DNA of 64,000 nt from Octopus vulgaris (lineage: Eukaryota). Each line of letters starts with the position of its first letter. Within the stretch, counting starts at the first letter, position 1. The position numbers and the translations under genes are program-made. Below, one piece after another: positions 52,876 to 64,000 of this stretch. The DNA is taken from assembly GCA_951406725.2 (NCBI GenBank), contig OX597815.1, positions 18,228,001 through 18,292,000 on the forward strand. Reading direction: 5' to 3'. A model generated the notes under the pieces. It was not told the DNA's origin and did not search any database. It saw nothing but the letters and a program-made list of their open reading frames with translations.

Positions 52876-54841
52876 TAATGAAAATAATGTACATTATTCC
52901 TCATCTCTTAGATATAGAATTTTTACTTTTCCTTTTCGAGTAAGATTTATCAGAAGGTGTTTGTTTTAAAAATATTTCTGAAAGAACGTTAAAGTATTTT
53001 CGTAAATGGTTTCTCTTTTGAACCTAGATACCGGAATACTTTTAATATTTTCCAAATAATTTTATTGCGAAAAATTTAATTTTTAAATTCTCTTTATGTT
53101 TATATAAAAATTCTAATACGGAAATGACTGTAAAGTAAATGCTGCTTATAGATATGAGATAGTCCAGACACGTTATTTACCATTGTCAGGGAGAAAACAA
53201 GTAGACACGTTATTTACCAATGTAAGTAACCAATGTCAGGGAGAAAACAAAACAAAAGATCATCTGACCTTTAAGTTATTAGTTTGGATGTAAAATAAAT
53301 TAGTCCGTGCCGAAAGAATATAAGAACTGCATTAATGATGTTCAGTTTTTTGTAACCGGAACTTATTTCATTTGACGGGGACTTTTCAGGCCCCAATTAG
53401 AATACTCGCGACATATTGAATTCCGCTAAAAGAACCCAAGAACAGTGTATTATAGCTACTATCTGATTAGACAGACTTACTATTAAAGATATTTCTGATA
53501 TGACCGTGTCCTCTTTGTGTGTCTTCAGAGATTACACTAACAAATGAATCCATATATTTTAAAAATAAGAGAGCGTTATTTCAGGGCGATTTTACGGCTC
53601 TTTCTAGCATGTCTAATTACTGCATAGAAGCCATGCTTCCACCTGGTTCTCTGAGCAAGCTCCCTTGCTAGCCCGATGTTACGTTGGGCGGCGTTTCAGA
53701 CCAACACTTTTTAAAGACTCTCACACAAAATTATAATATTTTAAATTTTGTTGAAGAAAAGTTATATGGACAATACTCATTTGAAATATTTTATCTAGAG
53801 AAGTCTAAATTTATGAACATTACTTTGGGTAACTCATCCATCTTCCACTCAATGTTCAGTTAGGGTCCCTAATAACCCGTAATATATAATTTTGTTTTCT
53901 AAAGCTACCTTTCGACGTAGATTCCTTTTGTATGTTTTTTAACCTTAAATATTTATCCATTTTCAATATCCTTCAATCTCGTTTAGTGATGACAGATGCT
54001 GCATAGCTCATGTTTTCAATTTCCAAGTGATAAAGAGTTGTATATAAATGACAAGCTCGAAGGCAAATATAGGAATACCAGATTTTATTTTCCCATGTTT
54101 TCTATGATCAATGTTTTTGAAACCATTTAATGAATTAATGATCTCAAACAAATGCAGCCGATATCTCAGAACTGTTTTCAAATACAAGTAGAATAAAATA
54201 CAATATGCGCAAACGAAATTGTTTTAGTTTTAAAATTAACCACCACTGTTTTGTTGGTAACGAAAACATGTTTTAATTAGATAAGTGACGTAAATAGGTA
54301 GACATATAGTTGAATTAGTTCTATAATTTAGCAAGAAATTTAAATAATTCAATTCAAAATTGCAGCAGCAGATGATAACCGAGAGAAGAAAGGAAGTGAG
54401 TAAAGCGTAGAGAATATTTCTTAATTGTTTTCACCAAAAGGAAGACGAGCTCGTAGAGACTATTATGAATACCGCACCATCACTGGTATAAATAGTTTCA
54501 CTTAAAGTTAATCCAGCTTTTGATTCAGAACCGATGTAGAAGCATCAATATATTTGTCGAAAATAAAGGCTACTTTGTATGAACAAGCTCAGATCAGCTT
54601 GACATAAAGCGTTGGGGGGGCTTACAATTATGAACTAAGTCTAGCGTTAGGGAGTCAAAAATAGATCCAAACAGAATTGGCATTATCGTTGCCAGTACAT
54701 GACCGATACTACCTTTGAATGAAGATGATCAATAGAAAATCGAAATGGAAGTAAATCCATATCTATTGGTTAACTTGTTAGAAGATTAAAGAATCAGAAA
54801 TATACACAGAAATTAAATTCTTTCGGAAATTACCGTGGTGA

Positions 54842-55312
54842 TATATGTATGTATTTATGTATGTATGTATGTATGTATGTATGTATGTATGTATGTATGT
54901 ATGTATGTATGTATGTATGTATGTATGTATGTATGTATGTATGTATGTATGTATGCATGTATGCATATATGTATGTATGTATGTGTGTGTGTATGTATGT
55001 ATGTACGTATGCATGTATGTAAATATGTATGTATGTATATATGTACTTGTATGCGTGAGAAAATATATGTAGATACATACATACAGACAGACAGACAAAC
55101 ATACGTACTCACATACACAAACATACATACATACATACATACATACATACATGAAAGCATGAATGCACACACACACACACACACATATATACATACAGAC
55201 ACACACACATATTCATATATACATACACACACACACACATATATATACATGCATACACACACACATATATTCATATATACATACACACACACACGCACAC
55301 ATATATGTATAT
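54842..55312. repeat. (TATG)n/(CATA)n/(CA)n compound microsatellite
   Basis: Direct reading. Confidence 0.9.
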
Positions 55313-56164
55313 ATTTTTCAAAGTTACTAAGCGTATAAACTTGTCAGGAATGCTAATGTAATCAGTGAATAAATGTATAAAGATTTAATATTTCTCATAA
55401 ATTCCTTTGGTTTTACAGGCGAAAATTACTGTTGTTATTTAGTGGCGTCGCAATCGAAGGAGACTATATTATCTTGGCGAGGATATACGACAGGAGAATC
55501 CATAATGCAATAAAACTTTGATTTTCACCCTAAGTGTAATTTGATCATATTTGATCAATGGCATCGAAAGTAAATTGGAATATCCAATGAAATAAATAGT
55601 AGGAAATATACGTTACAGAAACAAATAAATACATCTAGAACTCCTGATAAAAATTGATACATCTTATGGTAAGAGCCAATGAGTGAAGATGTAATCCTTA
55701 GTAAAGTTTGGCTTTTGACATTTTGGTATAGAGACCAATCATTAACTGAAGTTGCATCATTGATCAAAGTTATTCACGAGATCTTTGAAGTTAATATATT
55801 AAGACATGTCTTACTATTTTACTGGTTTCGACCACTGAATTGAAGCAAAGATGTTTTACAGAGACGATTTAGAAGGATATGTCCCACTTAGCTAATTATT
55901 AAATCACTCTGCATGTATTTCTGTGTGGCTAAACAGTTTTCCATTGCAAACATGTAGTCAGAAGTTCGAGTTTACAGTACATCGCCTTGAGTGAATGATT
56001 TCTATCATAACCTCAGATTACATACTACGTAGGGGAACCAATCAAGAATATATATACATACTCACACGCGTACATACATGCATGCATTCATACATACATA
56101 CATACATACATACATACATACATACATACATACATACATACATACATACATACATACATACATA

Positions 56165-56381
56165 CAAATATATTAAACTATGATTGCAGAACAAACAAAT
56201 ATAAGGTCACCCACGTAGCATTTCATATCTCGAACATGAGTTGTGCTTCGTCTTCCGTGATTTTATGCATGTATATTCTATGTGAAAGAAAAAGCATCAT
56301 GTGATTAAATGTTCGAGATATGAAATGTTACGTGGATGACCTTATATTTGTTTGTCCTGCAACCATAGTTTAATATATTTG
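56165..56381. mobile_element. Fold-back element with ~73-bp inverted arms
   Basis: 56165-56237 vs 56309-56381; terminus shared with 40296. Confidence 0.75.
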
Positions 56382-56560
56382 TCTCATTTAATTGAGCACT
56401 TCTATAGCAGTACTATTAAACATTTTGTTCTTGATAAGAAACGATCACTTTATTATTGATACATACATACATGCATACATACATACATACATACATACAT
56501 ACATACATACATACATACATACATACATACATACATACATACATACGTACATACATACAT

Positions 56561-57278
56561 GTCATCATCGTATTATCTACCAATGAAACTTGATGTAATT
56601 AGAACACTGTATAGCGAGATTCGTCGAAAACCTCACTACGAGGATAAAGAAATAAGAACCCATAGTATAGTGGAAGCCATATCCACTCAATAGAAAGGAA
56701 TACTGGTGGAATGTCCCAGTGAATATCTTAATAAAATATAAACAGAAAAGACCTGATATAATGATTTAGGATAGAGAAGCGAAATCAGCTGCCCAGCAGA
56801 TGTTGACATAAAAGCTGAAGATCAGGGAAAAAGAATATCCATGCTGAACTATTGAGGAATCTGAAGTTACTCTATCCACATTATAAGTTCAGAAGTTCAG
56901 GTTTATACTTGTAATTATCGAGGCAGTGGGATTTGTAAACACACTGCCTAAATACCAATCTTGAGAAATTAGGCTTCTCAAACCAGAAAGGAGAAAGCTG
57001 ATTCGAAGGCTACAGATCCAAGCCATCACTGGAACTGTAAAAATCTGTAAAACTTTCCAGAAGTTTATCGTTTAGGTATATATGAGTAGGTCTAAATATG
57101 CAAATATATGCATGAAAAGACTTACATAAAACAAAACATACAAATCTGCACGTATATATACATGCATAAAAAAATAACCTGTTGTTCATGCCTTAAAATC
57201 CACTGAAGGAGCCTCGGAGCTAGGTTAGAAACCGGCTTCTTCTCTATTGGCAAGAAATCTTGAAATAAAACTGAATGA
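56561..57278 (+). mobile_element. R4-like LINE 3' end (REL domain + 3'UTR) inserted in (CATA)n
   Basis: KEYWWNVPV..KRPDIMI, SCPADVDI, ELLRNLKLLYP, NLEKLGF, AITGTVKICKTF; (CATA)n on both sides. Confidence 0.8.
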
Positions 57279-57797
57279 CATACAAACATACATACATACA
57301 CAAATGCACACAAACATATACGCACATACATACATGAATACGTACTTACATACACAAATATATACATAAACACATACATACACATATGCACACATACATA
57401 CACGCATACATAGATACACACATACATACATATACACAAACACACACACTCATACATACACACATACATGCATATACACATAGATAGAAACATATATATA
57501 CATAAGCATACACACATACATACACATAAATATCCACATACATACATAAATACATACGTACAACCGTACACACATACGTACATACATAGACATACATAAC
57601 ACATGCATACATACATAAATACATAAATACATACATACACACATAGATACATACACACACATACATACACACATAGATACATACATATATATATACATAC
57701 ACATACACACATAAATAAATAAATACATACGTACAACCGTACACACATACATACATACATACATACATACATACATACATACATACATACATACATA
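57279..57797. repeat. Degenerate (CATA)/(CA) microsatellite
   Basis: Direct reading. Confidence 0.9.
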
Positions 57798-58211
57798 CGA
57801 GTAATAGCACAAATGCAATTTCTTCAATAGAAGTAAAAAAAAGCTCAGTAACCATGTAGCCCTGGTTTATGAGCATGAAAATAATAATATTGTTCGGATA
57901 GCCACAGATCTACAAAAGAGGCATGAAATAAAAACCTGCTACAAATCCCACTCTCAGGAACATTGGTAGACTATTCATTGATCAGAAAATAATAAATTCA
58001 CCGGGAAGCATGTGCATGGCTACTTTTGACGAAAAACACAGACCATATAGCTGATAAACCATACGAAAACATGAAAGATGAAGTTCCGACAAGTTCATAA
58101 CATCCCACCTTGAAGGTTATTTCCATGCAATTCATGAACAGAAAAACCTCACCAAGTTCTTAGGGCATAAAAGAGAAAGGTCAGGTCATCAGTTGACAGT
58201 AAGTGTAGGCT

Positions 58212-58391
58212 GTGCAAAACAACGATGGACGATACAGTTCTATATTTAAGAGATGAGGAATTATGTACATTATTTACATTATTTACATTCGACAGATATT
58301 TGTCCTCATCTTGTTTGTTGTTAACACAACGTTTCGGCTGATATACTCTCCAATCTTCTTCAGGTGTCTTGGGGAAATTTCGAACCTGGTT
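58212..58391 (-). mobile_element. Penelope-type terminal-repeat fragment with hammerhead motif
   Basis: Minus strand gacac-CTGAAGA-agattgg..tcagcc-GAAACGTT-gtgtt at 58323-58368. Confidence 0.6.
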
Positions 58392-58582
58392 AATATTTAT
58401 TCATATACTTAATTACTTACTTATATGAATATAATTTTTTGTGAGTTTTTAAGTATGTCCACCTAGACGATAATCATCGCTTGAACAGTAAATTGTGACG
58501 ATTTTCATTTTCTCCGTCATAAATGCAATGTAACTCTGGCTATAACTGATAAGTATATGCTCCTCAAATTACTGTACAAAAG

Positions 58583-58658
<76 letters not shown>

Positions 58659-58904
58659 ATATTACTGTTTAAGGATAAAATATAGAATCAGAGAAAAATA
58701 GTTGTGCTCTGTGTCTGTAAAAACCATTTAATGAGTAAGTTTAAGGGAGGTCAAGAGTTGATTAGCCGTAAGGAGTAAAATGTTAATGTTTCGGGACTTG
58801 CTCTTCGTCTGAGAGAAAAGAAAGAAGGAAATGTGCTGGTACCAACGACAATTTCCCGAATTTTGTAATTTTTGATTTTAGGCATGTACATGTAATAATG
58901 CTTT

Positions 58905-59110
58905 CAGATTTTGTCACAAGGCCAGCAAATTTAGAGAACGGGCTGAGTCGAATACATCGGCCTTTGTATTCAACTGGTGCTTATTTGATTGACCCTGAAA
59001 TGATGAAAGGTAAAGGTGGCGTCGGTGGAATGTCAACTCATATCGATAAGAGCTGGACAAAATACTGCTAAATATTTTGTTTGACTTGTTCACGAGTCAA
59101 GCAGTTTATC
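58905..59110 (-). mobile_element. Old degenerate SINE-B (tail-2)
   Basis: cacaaggccagcaaattt...gatgaaaggtaaag. Confidence 0.5.
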
Positions 59111-59133
59111 ATTTTATATACACACATAAGTAT

Positions 59134-59557
59134 ACTCTTTACTCTTTAGTATTTTACTTGTTCCAGTCAATATGACTATGGCCATGCTGGAGCACCGCCT
59201 TTAGTCGAGCAAATCGACCCCAGGACTTATTCTTTGTAAGCCTAGTACTTATTCTATCGGTCTCTTTTGCCGAACCGCTAAGTCACGGGGACGTAAACAC
59301 ACCAGCATCGGTTGTCAAGCGATGTTGGGGGACAAGCACAGACACACAAACATACACACACTCTCACACACACACATATATATATATATATACGACGAGC
59401 TTCATTCAGTTTCCGTCTACCAAATCCACTCACAAGGCTCTGGTCGGCCCGAGGCTATAGTAGAAGACACTTGCCCAAAGTGCCACGCAGTGGGATTGAA
59501 CACGGAACCATGTGGTTGGTAAGCAAGCTACTTACCACACAGCCACTCCTACGCCTA
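59134..59557 (-). mobile_element. SINE-C, full length
   Basis: Complete match to 25991-26395 in reverse. Confidence 0.92.
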
Positions 59558-61589
59558 TAATGATGATAATCCTAAAATTTTGTCAGAGATAATTAGTTTA
59601 CTTCATGAAGCATGATGGATACAAAGACTGAAGATTAGTGTGCTCTCGTAGTTATTAATTAGTTCCTGATAAGCTCTAAGGTACCTGGGGTGAATGAACT
59701 TTCCATCATGACAGCATGTCTAAAAATTATGCCGAATACATCTTTCCTAATGAGTTAGATTGTTAATTGGCTGAGAAATGGCTGCTATTTCCAGGAGGTT
59801 CCATTACCACATAGGGATGATAGTTTCATTGCTTCCTTGATAGTTTTGTTATACTGTGGGATTAAAGTCCAATACACACTAGTGCATTTGTAGAACTGTC
59901 AGAATTTCGAAGAGAATGTCTTGTGGCATCTGCTCTACTTTGTTTACTTTATGACAGACCCTGCGCCTGCACTGGTGTTATATCAGCTCTACAAAGCACA
60001 ACTGTGCCGCGGATGGAGTTCACTTGGATGCATGAACAAACTAGTATTCTATAAAGTGAATCTGCACATGGAAAATTCTTTTCCAAGCCTGCACTTTAGA
60101 GAGGAATTTTTCAGATGAATATCAATAATCACACATAATCTCAATAATCTTTTGGAGATCCGATTAGTAGTGAGAATACATCGATATTCCCAATTAATTT
60201 ATTCAATCTGTTTGAAAACATTTTATTAATTACCGATAAGCTTGCTAAGCACCGTATTTTTGTTACACTAACTGCGCAGTTACAGTGTCACTGGATGAGT
60301 ATTTGTATCCAAATACGCACTCAACGATGGCTTAATCTTGTACTACACTGCAATATAACTACACTTTCAGTAATCATTTCATCTCCTATAGCAGAACGGC
60401 TCTGTTCGAAAGTGTAAGATTCTTCCTAAAATTAAATGACAGAATAAAATAGTTTACGATATATTTTCAAGCAAAGCAAATGCGAGAATTTCTTCTCAGA
60501 ACTTCATATGTACAGAACAGAACACCCATTGAAGCGGCATTAACTTACTCCTTTCTTTCCAGGACTCGAAGGACAAAGTGCTAGCAATTTCTTTGTCTCT
60601 CCAGCCACAATTAGGTGAAGTCCAAACTCCAAACTCCAAACTCTAAACCGCCTTGTGGCGATAGTGGACAAGGGCTCCAACTCCAGGCGTCTTAGTTACC
60701 TTAATATTGGTATTTCACTCACAAACTCTTGAGGAGACAGTAAAATTACACCTAATTCCTTAGCTGCCAAGCGGACAAGTAGTGTGTTAGGACTCTAAGA
60801 CGGGAGTCCCAGCAAGCTCCCACCATGCGTCCTTCACAGAAGCTTTGCCTATTTCCAGTTAATACTAATAATAATAGTGACTAACCGACAATTGATTTTC
60901 TACTTAAGCCGATTAGCCTGAGTTATCCCACTGCCCAAACTTTAAGTGTAGAAACAACTTATATTATTCTTCCTTTTCGTGATATAGGTCATTTTGCTTG
61001 TCCAAATCAGTGCCAGGTACATTGTAATTAAAAATATTTCTGTAATTTAGACATACCTAGACAGTCCTCACTCTAAATGAAACTACAAGAAATTGCAGTT
61101 TATGTGTTTTCGAGAAGTTTCATATTCCGTTAAAACCGATGGATAAATCAGTAAAGATGTTATACCTTTGTTATCAAAGCCAAGTGCCTTTACTGTTTAA
61201 TTCATAAACAGAAACAGACTATTGTTGCGTTTAGGGATATCATTGCTGTTTGTTATATTTATTTGATGTAAGAGAGCATAGCCTTAGAGCCGGAGCATCT
61301 CATAACCGGGTTAGAATAGGTGGTTTGACATTTGGAAGTAACCTACTGTATAAAGAGGAGTTGAACATACAGCTACAGTTCATCTAAACATTGTTCCCAT
61401 TGAAACGATACATTCGGAAGTGTGTGTGCGTGTGTGTGTGTGCGTGTGTGTGTGTGCGTGTGTGTGTATGTGTCTGTGTGCGTGTGTGTGTGTGTGTGAG
61501 TGTGAAACTTATTCAAAGTTGAATTTTAGTTAGCTACCAATAAAGCTGCTTATATATGCATATGGAAGTGAGAAATAGTAATAAATGTG

Positions 61590-61651
<62 letters not shown>

Positions 61652-62191
61652 AATAATACAAAGAGAAAGATAGAAAGATAGATAGATAGAGAGAGAGTCT
61701 CAAACACATAAACAGATGTAAGAGAGGCAAAAGCAGGGAAAGAGCGAGAGAGGACTTTAGAGAATTTAAATTAAAACCGAGCCGCAAACCCTATTTGTAG
61801 GGAGCACACCTTGTATTCCATTAAGTTATTTTATTTCTTTATTTCTTTCCCTGAAATACAAATATAATAGTATCCAGTATGATGTGATAATGGTTAGGTT
61901 ATTATGACTGTAAATCAATTATCAACTTTGTTCGAAAATCAATTTGCACTACATTTATATTTAGTAATTTTTCTATGCTGTACCGAAAATAGAGCTTGTG
62001 TTCACTGGAAAATTACCTAAATGAAGGTTATGGTAGAAACATTGATTAATAATGAGTTGAAAAATAGAACGATAGAAATTAATGTGTTCGAAGAGGAATA
62101 TATTGACACTTTTAGAATGTGTAGAAAATAATAACTTCTAAAAGACATTTATATATATATGTATATATATGATTATCAATATGTCTGTATA

Positions 62192-62241
<50 letters not shown>

Positions 62242-62265
62242 CATATACACATAAATGATTATCAA

Positions 62266-62336
<71 letters not shown>

Positions 62337-62351
62337 TATATATGTATAGTT

Positions 62352-62562
62352 CGTTAATATCCAAACATGATAACACAAAGAGAAAACCCAACAACGCGAG
62401 TACGTGGAACAAGTATAGTGTTATTGGACGCTCAGGAAAGGAAAGAAAGAAGGAGGGTTTAACGTTTCGAGCGGCGCTTTTCCTCAAAAACATAAAAAAG
62501 GGAAAGATCCAAGGAGGGGAAGACGGAGGAAAAAAATCGCCAACGGTACACACGCGGTCACA
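62352..62562 (-). mobile_element. ~200-bp hammerhead element (copy 3, core mutated)
   Basis: Homologous to 27726-27930; CTGACGA altered to TTGAGGA. Confidence 0.75.
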
Positions 62563-62961
62563 TTTTGAATATATATGTATATGTATATGTATATATGTAT
62601 ATATATATACATACACACACAAGTATGTATATAAGTATGTACATGTAATGCTATGGACATTATGAAAAATGACAGAAAAAAAACACAAGAGTAATAAGAT
62701 TTAAAAAATACTGTATTAGTTTAATGCTTAAGTTGAACGGAAAGAACCATAACGTTTCGACTGTTAGTCCTTCATCTGAAAGATAGAAGTATACAGAAAA
62801 TGAGATAGAAGAAAATTCAGTGTGATATAGAAGCACACACACACACAACACACACACACACAGACACAAACACATACACTCACACACACTAATATACACA
62901 CACACACACACACTCATATACCAGAGAAAAACATATACATGCGTAACACCTACACCAGATA

Positions 62962-63309
62962 AGTTAGCCTTCAACTAACACTATCTCCTCCGAGACCCTG
63001 CGGCGCAAGTTGACCAAAATTGAGAGTATGATAGAAGACGGCTTGCTCTTCCTTCCGTAGAAGAAAAAATTCAATTCGGCCATGTTAACATCAAAAATTA
63101 TTTACATCAAAAAGGTGCTTTTTTTCTATGAAAATCCTTATTTTATACGATTTTTTTACTACTGTGTCGCCATTTTTCGGTGTTTTTCAACCAGAAAAAT
63201 GTTCACATAAAGAGAATAACAAGCTACATAATGCAAAATTTTTACTTTTCAAAGATTCCAATTCTAAAGGGTCGAAACAAACCCGAGCAACGCCGGGCTA
63301 TACTGCTAG
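62962..63309 (+). mobile_element. Non-autonomous Helitron 3' end
   Basis: GC hairpin cccgagcaacgccggg (63282-63297) followed after 8 nt by CTAG|T (63306-63310). The 5' boundary is uncertain. Confidence 0.7.
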
Positions 63310-63477
63310 TATACTATTATTACGCTCATTTCATTCCAATGGTGAATTCGAAAACGTCATGAAACGTTAATGTACCTAGGAACGCTCTTGTTTTCAACTC
63401 AACGCAGCTGAACAATAAGAAAATATGAAAAATTTTTAACAAAAGATTTTGAATCCAAAAACAGGTGTGTCTTCAAT

Positions 63478-63534
<57 letters not shown>

Positions 63535-64000
63535 ATATACATATATGCTCAAGCACCAAGTATTAGAAAATCTGACGTAAATTTAATGCAGTTAGCTTAC
63601 ATTTCATAGCATCTTCCGTCAGGGAAAATAAACATATATAATGCCTCTTATTGTATTGTTCTCACAGAGAAAAATAAGAATAATCCTGTATTTGTGTGTG
63701 CAAGAAGAACAACAAGATGTATTTACATTTGTTTACCTCCCATGGCATAGACATAATATAAGATAAGCTACCTGTATCACACACACACACACGCATACAC
63801 TCATATACATTATTTCATACGTGAAAGTGAGGAACACTTGATATAATGAATATAGAATAAATCTATATAATGTTACATTTATACAATATCGTCAATTCAT
63901 ATTACTGATGGCTTCTAAGATTTAAAAAAAAAATGTTTGAGTATTTGTCGACATGTATTGACGCCCACAGTCTGCTTCTCAAAAGAACAATTTACACGAG

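Noticed and set aside
60620-60830. ccaaact x3-4 and a short inverted match (cgtcttag/ctaagacg)
   Set aside because: Too short to support an element call.

Overview
AT-rich, microsatellite-dense eukaryotic DNA, most likely an octopus/cephalopod genome (inferred from the tRNA-derived SINE families, not verified). I found no convincing host protein-coding exon, so the window looks intergenic or deep intronic; most listed ORFs are translations of microsatellites or SINEs. Recognisable content: three tRNA-derived SINE families (here A, B, C) in many copies; three decayed R4/Dong-like REL-endonuclease LINE pieces; two Penelope-like GIY-YIG fragments; several short Penelope-type non-autonomous elements with hammerhead-ribozyme motifs and fold-back inversions; two decayed Tc1/mariner transposons; a piggyBac-type MITE; a Helitron 3' end; and an ORF1-only (zinc-knuckle) retroelement. 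The most interesting signals are: (1) SINE-B head-less tandem arrays that join at the same GGTATTT site, with nearby insertions at GGTA-like targets; (2) an ORF1-only element ending in the SINE-B 3' tail; (3) a diverse set of type I hammerhead motifs; (4) a Penelope GIY-YIG domain split by about 150 in-frame low-complexity codons; (5) TSD-flanked fold-back elements. Coordinates were read by eye and may be off by a few bases.
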